Shown here: piece by piece, positions 37,950 to 46,632 of the stretch
Numbering within the stretch: position 1 is the stretch's first letter
Layout of the letters: each line of letters opens with the position of its first letter
From: Flavobacteriales bacterium
Lineage (GTDB): Bacteria; Bacteroidota; Bacteroidia; Flavobacteriales; BACL11
Length of the DNA: 52,807 bases
Direction of reading: 5' to 3'
Assembly: GCA_012960805.1 (NCBI GenBank)
Contig: DUAO01000122.1
Span: 1-52,807, forward strand
Position numbers and translations under genes: made by a program
Notes under the pieces: generated by a model
What the model was told of the DNA's origin: nothing
The model's input: only the letters and a program-made list of their open reading frames with translations
The model's database searches: none

Positions 37950-39485
37950 TTATTTTACTACGCTATATTGTAATAAATGCAAACGATCATCTGCCGTTAT
38001 AGTTATTCTTCTTCCAAATTTAGCGCACCATTGTTTACTGATAGAAGATGAGAACCATCCCTCTTTTTTATTAATATAGCTTTCTACAAAAGGATGTGTT
38101 GAAATTTGAATGTCGCCTTTATGTGTCTCGGTTAGGTTATGTAGTTTAGTCTCAATTTGATCAATTAATAATAAGCTAGAATCAATCTTGCCGTCACCAG
38201 AACACATTGGGCAGTTTTCTTGAGTATCAATAGTCATCTCTGGGCGTACTCTTTGCCTGGTTATCTGTATTAGTCCAAATTTAGTCGGAGGTAAAATATG
38301 ATGCTTTGCTTTATCAGTGCTCATTGCTTCCTTCATTTTTTCCGTCAAGAGATTTCTGTTTTTCTCTTGTTTCAAATCAATGAAATCAACAACAATAATG
38401 CCTCCCATATCCCTAAGTCGCAATTGCCTTGCTACTTCCTCAGCCGCCTCTAAGTTTACAGCCAAAGCATTTGCCTCTTGACCTTTTGTTGCATCTGCTT
38501 TTTTACCGCTATTCACATCAATTACGTGTAGAGCCTCAGTATGTTCAATGACAAGATAGATTCCTTTTTTCATAGTTACAGTTTTCCCAAATGCACCTTT
38601 TATTTGTTTGGTAACATTAAATTCCTGAAAGATAGGAGTGTCTTTTTTATGCAATTTAACAATCTTTTCTTGCTCAGGGGAAATACCGACAAGATATTCT
38701 TTTAGCTCTTCCTTAACTTCAGCACTATTTACATGAATATTGTTGAATTTTGCGCTCAATAAATCCCTTAATATAGCAGATGATCGATTAAGCTCACCTA
38801 GTATTTTAGTGTTAGGCTGAGCATCTTGCAGTTTTTTACTTACAATTTGCCACTTTTTGTAAAGGTTTTTCAAATCTCTATCTAGTTCAGCTACTTTTTT
38901 TCCTGTCGCAACGGTTCTGACAATGACGCCAAATCCAGGAGGTTTTATACTTCTGATTAAATTTTTTAATCTCACTTTGTCTTCAGTATTTTCAATTTTC
39001 TGGGAAACAGAAACTTTATCAGAGAATGGAAGTAAAACCATATATCTTCCCGCTAAAGAAATTTCAGTTGTTAATCTAGGCCCTTTAGTAGATATAGATT
39101 CTTTTGAAATTTGAGTAAGGATTAAATCTCCTCCTTTTAAAGCGTCATTAATCTTACCGTCTTTCTCAAGATTTTTTTCTTTTTTAAAGTTTTTTAATGA
39201 TGCCGTATTTAATTTTTTGTCAATTGCTTTACGTGTAAAATTCTTTAAAGAATTGAATTGAGGGCCAAGGTCAAGATAATGCAAAAACCCATCTTTTTCA
39301 TAGCCTATATTTACGAATGACGCATTCAGCCCAGGAGTCGTCTTTCGGACTTTCCCTAGGTAAATATCGCCTACTGAATAATTGTTATCGTGCTTTTCTT
39401 TATGAAGTTCTATTAGAAGTCCATCACGCAAAAGCGCAATCACTACCTCAGAAGGCCTTGAATCGATAATAAGATCGTATTTCAT
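37950..39485 (-). CDS. rng: Rne/Rng-family ribonuclease (RNase G-like)
   Basis: N-terminal S1 domain (VGDIYLGKVRKTTPGLNASFVNIG), a DNase-I-like catalytic region (VIDVNSGK, GIIVVDFID) and the Zn-link CPMCSGDG. Length is 511 aa. Confidence 0.9.
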   Translation of the reverse strand: MKYDLIIDSRPSEVVIALLRDGLLIELHKEKHDNNYSVGDIYLGKVRKTTPGLNASFVNIGYEKDGFLHYLDLGPQFNSLKNFTRKAIDKKLNTASLKNFKKEKNLEKDGKINDALKGGDLILTQISKESISTKGPRLTTEISLAGRYMVLLPFSDKVSVSQKIENTEDKVRLKNLIRSIKPPGFGVIVRTVATGKKVAELDRDLKNLYKKWQIVSKKLQDAQPNTKILGELNRSSAILRDLLSAKFNNIHVNSAEVKEELKEYLVGISPEQEKIVKLHKKDTPIFQEFNVTKQIKGAFGKTVTMKKGIYLVIEHTEALHVIDVNSGKKADATKGQEANALAVNLEAAEEVARQLRLRDMGGIIVVDFIDLKQEKNRNLLTEKMKEAMSTDKAKHHILPPTKFGLIQITRQRVRPEMTIDTQENCPMCSGDGKIDSSLLLIDQIETKLHNLTETHKGDIQISTHPFVESYINKKEGWFSSSISKQWCAKFGRRITITADDRLHLLQYSVVK

Positions 39486-39526
39486 GGCGTATCGTTTAAG
39501 AGATTAACGTAAAACTACAGTTTAGT

Positions 39527-39607
39527 TTTATGTCTGTTTTTTCTTGAACGCTTCTTGCGTTTGTGAGTAGCAATTTTTAATCTTTTCTTTTTCTTAGCTC
39601 CTGACAT
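39527..39607 (-). CDS. Unannotated 26-codon, extremely basic micro-ORF; candidate bS22-type small ribosomal protein
   Basis: Translation is MSGAKKKKRLKIATHKRKKRSRKKQT*, with 15 of 26 residues K/R/H. It is co-directional with its neighbours, 28 nt after the hup stop and 41 nt before the rng start. The family assignment is from memory of short K/R-rich bS22/'THX'-labelled proteins and is not verified. Confidence 0.45.
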
Positions 39608-39635
39608 TATTTATTTTTTTAGCTTACTTAAAAGC

Positions 39636-39920
39636 TTATTTTACGTTATTCTTTACTTCCTGCATAAATATTTTTGCCGGCTTGAATGCTGGAATATGAT
39701 GTGCTGGAATAATAATTGTTGTATTTTTCTTGATATTTCTACCAGTTTTCTCTGCTCTTTTCTTTGGCTTAAAAGTGCCAAATCCTCTCAGGTACACCCC
39801 TTCATTAGCTGATATTGAGTCTTTTATCTCATTCATAAATGATTCAACTATTGCTAAAGTTGTTAGTTTTTCAACTCCTGTTTTCTCTGCAATTTTACTA
39901 ACAAGTTCTGCTTTTGTCAT
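39636..39920 (-). CDS. hup: HU-family DNA-binding protein
   Basis: MTKAELVSKIAEKTG...GFGTFKPKKRAEKTGRN...IPA...P.FKP. This is the classic HU/IHF fold sequence at 94 aa. Confidence 0.9.
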   Translation of the reverse strand: MTKAELVSKIAEKTGVEKLTTLAIVESFMNEIKDSISANEGVYLRGFGTFKPKKRAEKTGRNIKKNTTIIIPAHHIPAFKPAKIFMQEVKNNVK

Positions 39921-39964
39921 TTTCTTTTTGTTTTATATTAAGTTCTTGATTAATTTTGAGCGTG

Positions 39965-39972
39965 CAAATATA
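39965..39972 (-). promoter_or_regulatory. Candidate -7 promoter box (TAnnTTTG) for hup
   Basis: The reverse complement reads TATATTTG, about 44 nt upstream of the hup ATG (39920). Confidence 0.4.
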
Positions 39973-39982
39973 TTAAAAAAAA

Positions 39983-39990
39983 TAGCTTTG
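39983..39990 (+). promoter_or_regulatory. Candidate -7 promoter box (TAnnTTTG) for mutY
   Basis: TAGCTTTG lies 53 nt upstream of the mutY ATG at 40044, divergent from the hup box. Confidence 0.35.
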
Positions 39991-40043
39991 CTATTGTGTG
40001 GTTGTTTTTTTATCGAGTTTATTGTTTTATTTTCCAGTAAGTT

Positions 40044-41087
40044 ATGAATTTTTCAAATAAGTTAGTAAGTTGGTATCAAGTTAATAAAAGGGATTTGCCT
40101 TGGCGCAATACTACTAATGCCTATTATATTTGGCTGTCTGAAATCATTTTACAACAAACAAGAGTATGGCAAGGTACGCCATACTATCTTGCTTTTGTAA
40201 ATGCTTATCCAAAAATAGAGGATTTGGCTAATGCTCCTGAAGATGAGGTGTTAAAAATGTGGCAAGGACTAGGGTATTATTCTCGCGCCAGAAATTTACA
40301 TTTTACCGCCAAAGATATTGTTGTAAATTATGGCGGAAAATTTCCGAATAATTATCAAGAAATATTAAAATTAAAAGGAGTGGGATCATATACGGCAGCC
40401 GCTATTACTTCTTTTGCATTTGGGTTGCCCTATGCTGTTGTGGACGGAAATGTTATAAGAGTATTGAGTAGAATTTTTGGCGTAGACACTCCTTATGACA
40501 CTCCTCTTGGTAAAAAACAATTTCAAGAATTGGCACAAGAATTGTTAATTAAAGAGAACTCTTCTGTTTACAATCAAGCAATAATGGAATTTGGCGCTTT
40601 GCAATGTAAGCCTAAATCACCTGATTGCAGCGTTTGTCCAATGCAGGATTTTTGTGAGGCGTACAATAATAATACAATAGCTGAATTGCCTGTAAAATCC
40701 AAAAAGATAAAAGTCAAAAATAGATTTCTTCATTTTTTAATGATAGAGAAAAAGGGCAAAGTTTATTTAGGAAAACGAAAATCAGGTATTTGGCAAGGGC
40801 TTTATGAATTCCCTTTTTTAGAATTCTCTGATAGGATCAATGAAAAAGAATTACTTTCATCAGAAGAGTGGGTGGATATTTTTGCAGATGCAAAGGTAGA
40901 AATGCAGTCTATCTCTCCTGAATTTATTCACGTGCTATCGCATCAAAAATTATATGCCAAATTTTGGAAAGTAAAAACAAATGATATTAATTTGAAAAAC
41001 TATCAATTAATAGCAAAAGAAGAACTTGAAAATTATCCTGTTTCTCGCCTAATAGAAAAATATTTTGAGACGCTAAAATTAACATAG
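40044..41087 (+). CDS. mutY: A/G-specific adenine DNA glycosylase
   Basis: HhH-GPD motif (LKGVGSYTAAAI), a 4Fe-4S cluster loop (CKPKSPDCSVCPMQDFC) and a C-terminal NUDIX-like domain. Confidence 0.9.
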   Translation: MNFSNKLVSWYQVNKRDLPWRNTTNAYYIWLSEIILQQTRVWQGTPYYLAFVNAYPKIEDLANAPEDEVLKMWQGLGYYSRARNLHFTAKDIVVNYGGKFPNNYQEILKLKGVGSYTAAAITSFAFGLPYAVVDGNVIRVLSRIFGVDTPYDTPLGKKQFQELAQELLIKENSSVYNQAIMEFGALQCKPKSPDCSVCPMQDFCEAYNNNTIAELPVKSKKIKVKNRFLHFLMIEKKGKVYLGKRKSGIWQGLYEFPFLEFSDRINEKELLSSEEWVDIFADAKVEMQSISPEFIHVLSHQKLYAKFWKVKTNDINLKNYQLIAKEELENYPVSRLIEKYFETLKLT

Positions 41088-41093
41088 ATTTTA

Positions 41094-41101
41094 TATATTT
41101 G
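41094..41101 (+). promoter_or_regulatory. Candidate -7 promoter box (TAnnTTTG) for ssb
   Basis: TATATTTG lies 30 nt upstream of the ssb ATG at 41132. Confidence 0.4.
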
Positions 41102-41131
41102 TTGAACATTCTAATTTAAATAATTGTAATT

Positions 41132-41536
41132 ATGGCAGGCGTAAATAAAGTAATTTTAGTAGGAAATTTAGGTAAAGATCCTGAAGTAAAATATTTGGAT
41201 AATGGAGTTGCCGTGGCTAACTTTTCATTAGCGACAACTGAGAATTATAAGAATAAAGAAGGCGAAAAAGTAAGTCAAACAGAATGGCATAACATTGTGC
41301 TATGGAGAGGCTTGGCAGAAGTGGCAGAAAAGTACCTTAAAAAAGGCGCTAGTGTTTATATTGAAGGAAAAATAAAAACAAGAAAGTGGGAGGATAAAGA
41401 CGGGAATACTAGATATAATACTGAGATACTTGCAGATAATATGACTATGCTTGGAGGTAAAAAAGATTCTCAAGAAACTCCAATAGATCCACCACAAGAA
41501 ACTACCAGTGATAAAGCAGATGATTTACCATTTTAA
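41132..41536 (+). CDS. ssb: Single-stranded DNA-binding protein
   Basis: OB-fold N-terminus ([14 protein letters not shown]...TEWHNIVLW) and the canonical acidic tail ending DDLPF. Confidence 0.95.
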   Translation: MAGVNKVILVGNLGKDPEVKYLDNGVAVANFSLATTENYKNKEGEKVSQTEWHNIVLWRGLAEVAEKYLKKGASVYIEGKIKTRKWEDKDGNTRYNTEILADNMTMLGGKKDSQETPIDPPQETTSDKADDLPF

Positions 41537-41552
41537 CTAAAAAAATCACAAT

Positions 41553-42872
41553 TTGGAAGAGGTCCCCGTCCCGATAATTTTATCAATTTTTAGTGGAGTA
41601 GAACTGCACCTTTTTAATGCAGGAGTACTTACAGGTTTTTGTATTGTTGTATTGCTAATTGTTTGTTCAGCTTTTATTTCAGGTGCTGAAGTATCCTATT
41701 TTTCCTTAAAGGCTAGTGAGTTAGATGATTTAGCAAAAGAAAAGGAAAGTAGTGTAATTCTCAAATTACTGAAAAAACCAAATCAATTATTAGCCACTAT
41801 TTTAATTGCTAATAATTTCATCAATGTTGCTATTATAGTCCTTTCTGCTTACCTGACTTCCTTGGCTATTTCTTTTCCCTCAGATTCTCCTCTGGAATTT
41901 ATTTCTCAAGTCTTCATCATTACTTTGCTTTTAGTGCTTTTTGGGGAGATTACCCCTAAAGTATATGCTAATCAGAATGCAAAACAGTTTTCGCTTATTA
42001 TGGCAAAGCCACTGATATTTTTGACAAAAGTATTTTATCCTTTAAGTTATTTGTTAGTTTCTACTACTAATTTTATTGATAAGCGTTTGGCGCAAAAGCA
42101 AACAGAAGTTTCAATTGAAGAGATTACGAAAGCTTTGGATATTACTGAACATGCAAGTAAAGATGAGGAGAGAAGAATATTAAGATCAATTGTTGAGTTT
42201 GGAAATACAGATGTAAAAGAAGTAATGAAGTCAAGGATTGATGTGTTAGCTATTGAACATAAAACTAAATTTAGGGAGGTTTTACAACTTATTATCAGTT
42301 CAGGTTTTTCTCGAATCCCTGTGTATAAGGAACAATTTGATACTATTTTAGGGATATTGTATATTAAAGATTTAATTCCATTTTTGAATGAAAATGATGA
42401 GTTTGATTGGGTGGAACTGTGTAGAGTTCCTTATTATGTTCCTGAAACAAAAATGATTAATGATTTGTTAAAAGAATTTCAAGTAAAGAAAAATCATATT
42501 GCTATTGTGGTGGATGAATATGGGGGCACATCAGGAATTGTAACACTGGAAGATGTACTTGAAGAGATTGTTGGAGAGATTAATGATGAGTTTGATGCAG
42601 ATGAAAATTGTTATTCCAAGTTAGATGATCATAATTTTATTTTTGAAGGAAAAATTTCATTGATAGATTTTTTAAAAATAGTAAAAGGAGAAATTGATTA
42701 TTTTGATGAGGTAAAGGGAGAGGCAGATTCTTTAGCAGGTTTAGTGCTTGAGTTAGAAGGTAGAATGCTTAAAATTGGAGATATTTGCAAAATACCACCT
42801 TATACTATGATAGTGGAGTCGGCAGATTTAAGGCATATTAAACGATTGAAAGTTAGTATTAATGAAAACTAA
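41553..42872 (+). CDS. gldE: Gliding-motility-associated CNNM/CorC-family membrane protein GldE
   Basis: DUF21 TM domain, CBS pair and CorC_HlyC (DEYGGTSGIVTLEDVLEEIVGEI). Its position directly after ssb and before a gldD-like gene matches the F. johnsoniae locus. It has a TTG start and no in-frame ATG near the N-terminus. Confidence 0.8.
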   Translation: MEEVPVPIILSIFSGVELHLFNAGVLTGFCIVVLLIVCSAFISGAEVSYFSLKASELDDLAKEKESSVILKLLKKPNQLLATILIANNFINVAIIVLSAYLTSLAISFPSDSPLEFISQVFIITLLLVLFGEITPKVYANQNAKQFSLIMAKPLIFLTKVFYPLSYLLVSTTNFIDKRLAQKQTEVSIEEITKALDITEHASKDEERRILRSIVEFGNTDVKEVMKSRIDVLAIEHKTKFREVLQLIISSGFSRIPVYKEQFDTILGILYIKDLIPFLNENDEFDWVELCRVPYYVPETKMINDLLKEFQVKKNHIAIVVDEYGGTSGIVTLEDVLEEIVGEINDEFDADENCYSKLDDHNFIFEGKISLIDFLKIVKGEIDYFDEVKGEADSLAGLVLELEGRMLKIGDICKIPPYTMIVESADLRHIKRLKVSINEN

Positions 42873-43416
42873 ATTTTTATTTTTTATTACGGTTTTGCTA
42901 ATGGCTTGCAATACAGATTACACCCCAAAACCTAAGGCTTTTATCAAATTAGATTTTCCTGAAAAAGTATATGAAAAATTAAATGTAGATTGTCCTTTTA
43001 TTTTTGAATTTCCCGTATATAGTAAACTGCTTAAAAAAGAAAATAGCTGCTCCATGGATTTGACTTTTCCTATGCAAAATGGCGTGTTGTATATATCGTA
43101 TTTTACATTGGATGATAATTTGATGAGCCATACCGATCAGTCAAGAAAACTAGCATATAAGCATAATGGTATAGCTAATGGAATCACGGAGCAATTGTAT
43201 ATTAATGACTCCTTCAATGTGTATGGTGTGCTCTATGATTATGAGGGGATAACCGCTACAGCAGCTCAATTTTATTTAACGGATAGTGTCAATCATTTTT
43301 TCAGAGGTGCTCTTTATTTTAATACGGAAGTAAGTGACTCCATTTTGCCAATTAACCTTTTTTTAAAATACGATATTAAGCATTTAATTGAGACTTTTCA
43401 CTGGAAAAATAAGTAA
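42862..43416 (+). CDS. gldD: Gliding motility lipoprotein GldD-like
   Basis: 184 aa with lipobox LLMAC|N. It overlaps gldE by 11 nt, and its size and synteny match gldD. Confidence 0.7.
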   Translation: MKTKFLFFITVLLMACNTDYTPKPKAFIKLDFPEKVYEKLNVDCPFIFEFPVYSKLLKKENSCSMDLTFPMQNGVLYISYFTLDDNLMSHTDQSRKLAYKHNGIANGITEQLYINDSFNVYGVLYDYEGITATAAQFYLTDSVNHFFRGALYFNTEVSDSILPINLFLKYDIKHLIETFHWKNK

Positions 43417-44389
43417 GCTTTACTACTGAAAGCAATAGTGTGATTGCAATAAATTGATGTGTAATAGCCGTGTGAATTTGTACACTTAATAGTAAAGTAG
43501 AAATACCAAGTATAATCTGAACCATAGTAAGCCCTAAAACCAAAGCTCCTACTTTTGCTAGTGCAGTTTTTCTTGTTTTATTAAAGATGATGAGTGTGAT
43601 AGCAAATACGACCCAAGCAAATAATCGGTGGAAGGCTTGAATATCAAAGCTATTATTAAGTAAGTTAAAATCATTACTATTTCTGAAGCTGTATCCAAAT
43701 ACACTTTCAAAAACCCCTCCATTTGCTGGCAGTAAATATCCTGCTTTTAAGCCAGCAACAAAGGCGCCGTAAATAATTTGAATAAGCAAGGCGATTATTA
43801 AATATTGACTGAGTTTATTAATAGTTTTGTTTGTCCTTTTTTCTGTTTCAGTAAAACTAAGAATAAGCCAATAAATATAACACATTAACCCAAAGGCAGT
43901 TGCTAAATGTATCGCTAAGCGAAAATGGCTAACTGCAGGCACATCAACTAGCCCGCTTTTCACCATAAACCAGCCTAAAAAACCTTGTAAAGCCCCAAGT
44001 CCAAGTAAGATGAGTAATTGTTTTTTTTGTTTAGGATTGAACCATTTCTTTATCCAGAAAATCACAAAAGGAATAATGAAAACTAAGCCGATTAATCGGC
44101 CTAATAAGCGGTGCAGGTATTCCCAGAAAAATATCACTTTAAATTCAGCAAGTTGCATGCCGGTATTTATTTTTTGGTATTCAGGAAATTGTTGATATTT
44201 TTCAAAAGTTTCTTGCCATTTCAGATCATTTAGTGGCGGAATTGTGCCTCCTATTAGTTTCCATTCTACCATGGAAAGGCCAGAATGGGTGAGGCGAGTA
44301 ATACCGCCAATAATTACCATTAAAGCAATCAGCAATAGCCCAGAATAAAGCCAATTCCTGATAATTCTTTTTTCTACTGTTTTCATCAT
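43376..44389 (-). CDS. ctaA: COX15/CtaA-family heme A synthase
   Basis: Eight-TM protein with conserved His residues in TM segments (RLTHSGLSM, EYLHRLLG, HLATAF, FHRLFA). Length is 337 aa. Confidence 0.8.
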   Translation of the reverse strand: MMKTVEKRIIRNWLYSGLLLIALMVIIGGITRLTHSGLSMVEWKLIGGTIPPLNDLKWQETFEKYQQFPEYQKINTGMQLAEFKVIFFWEYLHRLLGRLIGLVFIIPFVIFWIKKWFNPKQKKQLLILLGLGALQGFLGWFMVKSGLVDVPAVSHFRLAIHLATAFGLMCYIYWLILSFTETEKRTNKTINKLSQYLIIALLIQIIYGAFVAGLKAGYLLPANGGVFESVFGYSFRNSNDFNLLNNSFDIQAFHRLFAWVVFAITLIIFNKTRKTALAKVGALVLGLTMVQIILGISTLLLSVQIHTAITHQFIAITLLLSVVKLTYFSSEKSQLNA

Positions 44390-44429
44390 GGCAAAGATAT
44401 GTTCTTATTTTTGTCGCCAATTATTAATT

Positions 44430-45308
44430 ATGGAAAAGTCATTTAAAAATTACATTATTTTAATTCTTCTTGCAGTAATATGGGGAAGTTCTTTTATTTT
44501 GATGAAAAGAGGCCTGGTGGCCTATGATTATATGCAAGTGGCTACTTTACGCTTATTTATTGCATTTCTTTCCTTAACCCCTTTTATATTGAAGGCAATA
44601 AAAGTGGTGCAAAGAAAACATATTTTATCAATAGTAGCTATGGCGATTTTTGTGAATGGTATGCCGGCATTTTTATTTACAAAAGCACAGAAAGAATTAG
44701 ATAGTTCTGTAATAGGGATTTTAAATTCCTTAGTTCCCTTGTTTACTTTATTATTGGGGGTTTATTTTTTCAAAACTAAGCCAACAAAAACTAATATAGT
44801 AGGTATTATTATTGGTTTATGTGGGGCGCTTATTTTAATCTATTCAACAATGGGCGAGGGGATAGAAATAAATAATTATGTTTTTTTAGTGATCTCGGCT
44901 ACTGTGATGTATGCCGTTAGTATAAATGTGATCAAAAAGTATTTGTATGATTTAGATGCGCTTTCTATTACTGCCTCAGCTTTTTTGCTAATTGGTCCTT
45001 TGTCTGCTATTTATATTTTTAATACTGATTTTCTGGAAATTGCAACTACCACTAATCAAGGGGTAATTGCTTTGGGTTATATAGCATTATTGGCTGTAGT
45101 TTGCACCTCTGCTGCTGTTGTGATATTTAATAAATTGATAAGCCTATCAACAGCAATTTTCGCATCTTCAGTTACTTATTTAATCCCTGTTGTTGCTATT
45201 TTTTGGGGAGTATTTGATGGAGAGGAAGTAGCCTTAATTCATTTATTATCAGTGGTAATAATATTGAGTGGCGTATATTTAGTAAATAAAAAAAGCCCAA
45301 CTAAGTAG
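44430..45308 (+). CDS. EamA/DMT-family transporter
   Basis: Ten TM segments with duplicated EamA halves (IWGSSFILMKRG...). The track start at 44388 would overlap the divergent ctaA start, so the ATG at 44430 (MEKSFKNY...) is preferred. Confidence 0.8.
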   Translation: MEKSFKNYIILILLAVIWGSSFILMKRGLVAYDYMQVATLRLFIAFLSLTPFILKAIKVVQRKHILSIVAMAIFVNGMPAFLFTKAQKELDSSVIGILNSLVPLFTLLLGVYFFKTKPTKTNIVGIIIGLCGALILIYSTMGEGIEINNYVFLVISATVMYAVSINVIKKYLYDLDALSITASAFLLIGPLSAIYIFNTDFLEIATTTNQGVIALGYIALLAVVCTSAAVVIFNKLISLSTAIFASSVTYLIPVVAIFWGVFDGEEVALIHLLSVVIILSGVYLVNKKSPTK

Positions 45309-45338
45309 CGGGGGCTTTCCTTTTATATAGCGTGAAAG

Positions 45339-46478
45339 TTATTCAATAATAATTTTCTTTTCTACTGTTCCATTATTATAAATATAGAAAAGTGGTGTGT
45401 TTGTAGTTTTGTCAGATATTGTTCTTCCTAAAACATCTACAATTTTTACAAGCTTTTTATTTGTAATTGATATATCAATGATATTTGTTGTTGGGTTACT
45501 ACAAGTATTGTAAATTAGATTTGAGCGATATTGATTAATAGCTGAAATCATTCTTGTTTTTTGTCCTGCAGTAAACAAATTCATGCACGCATCATTAGTA
45601 TAGTCCATATAATTCATGAACATATCTCCATTTGGTGCATTATCCTCAATAGGAGTGGTTAGTGGGTCATCACAACTTGATATTGCTGGAAATCCAGGGC
45701 AAGAATAATTTTCTGTTTCTTGTTTAGGGGTGTCAGAAACTTGATCGTTTCCACAGCTTCCCCAGCCCCAAAGATGTTCTAAATTGAGCCAGTGTCCAAT
45801 TTCATGTGTTGCCGTTCTTCCTTTATGGTATGGAGACTGAGCAGTTCCGGTATTCCCAAAATATTTGTATCCAATAACCACTCCATCGGAAGGGTTTGGC
45901 CAGCTAGATGGCTGACTAGCATAGCCTAAAAGACCACTTCCTAAATCACACACCCAAATATTTAAATAATAATCCTGATCCCAAGGGTCTGCCCCTTCAG
46001 ATGCAACAGACATAACAGGATCTCCACTCATTCCAAAAGAAGTTTGTGTAGTTTGCACTCTGTCAATTCCCGTAGTTGCAATTCCATTTTGGTCAGTTTG
46101 TGCCAAGCAAAATTCAATTTCACTATCAGCTGCAATGCCTTGCCAAACGCTAGGAGTATTTATTACATCAACATTCGTTCTTCTAAAATCGTTATTTAAC
46201 ACTTCAATTTGTGAGAATATCTGTGCATCAGAAATATTTTCACTATTAGTATTCCAGACAACATGCACAACAACTGGAATTGTAATTATTGTTTTTTGAC
46301 TATTGGTAGGATGATTTTGAATCCATTTCTCTGTTTGATAGTTTACTTTAGCTTTTGCAATTGCGTACTCAGGATATTTTTCTATTAATTCTAAAGTATG
46401 CGCTTCAGTTCCGCATCTATTTTGCGCATTACTTAATAAGGTAAGGCTAGCTAAAAGTAGGATAAATAGGTTTTTCAT
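45339..46478 (-). CDS. Secreted M43 (pappalysin/ulilysin-like) zinc metalloprotease with a T9SS C-terminal domain
   Basis: Signal peptide, the extended zinc motif HEIGHWLNLEHLWG and the Met-turn region FMNYMDY. The C-terminal KLVKIVDVLGRTI...FYIYNNGTVEKKIIIE is a T9SS CTD. Confidence 0.85.
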   Translation of the reverse strand: MKNLFILLLASLTLLSNAQNRCGTEAHTLELIEKYPEYAIAKAKVNYQTEKWIQNHPTNSQKTIITIPVVVHVVWNTNSENISDAQIFSQIEVLNNDFRRTNVDVINTPSVWQGIAADSEIEFCLAQTDQNGIATTGIDRVQTTQTSFGMSGDPVMSVASEGADPWDQDYYLNIWVCDLGSGLLGYASQPSSWPNPSDGVVIGYKYFGNTGTAQSPYHKGRTATHEIGHWLNLEHLWGWGSCGNDQVSDTPKQETENYSCPGFPAISSCDDPLTTPIEDNAPNGDMFMNYMDYTNDACMNLFTAGQKTRMISAINQYRSNLIYNTCSNPTTNIIDISITNKKLVKIVDVLGRTISDKTTNTPLFYIYNNGTVEKKIIIE

Positions 46479-46599
46479 TTTTGTTTATTTTTATGTTGTA
46501 AAGATACAATTAGAACCTTTAATAGTACTATTTAAATACCGAGAATCTTAATCACTCAAAAAAAGTAGAATATTTTTTGTTCTATTTTGCTGGATTGTG

Positions 46600-46607
46600 T
46601 AATTTTG
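46600..46607 (+). promoter_or_regulatory. Candidate -7 promoter box (TAnnTTTG) for rplU-rpmA
   Basis: TAATTTTG lies 25 nt upstream of the rplU ATG at 46633. Confidence 0.45.
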
Positions 46608-46632
46608 CAGACCATTTTTTAAAACAATAATA

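Noticed and set aside
39730-40047. 105-aa plus-strand ORF across hup and the hup/mutY spacer.
   Set aside because: It is antisense to the strongly supported HU gene, its translation is Phe/Ile/Leu-rich low complexity, and it would swallow both divergent promoter boxes.
44388-44429. Start of the EamA transporter at 44388, overlapping the divergent ctaA start codon.
   Set aside because: Divergent genes that share start-codon bases leave no promoter space. The ATG at 44430 precedes the first TM helix.
45292-45318. Hairpin aaagccc...gggcttt between the converging EamA and M43 protease genes as a terminator.
   Set aside because: The 7-bp stem has a 13-nt loop that includes the EamA stop codon, and only a short T tract follows. 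It is plausible but weak, so it is not listed as a feature.
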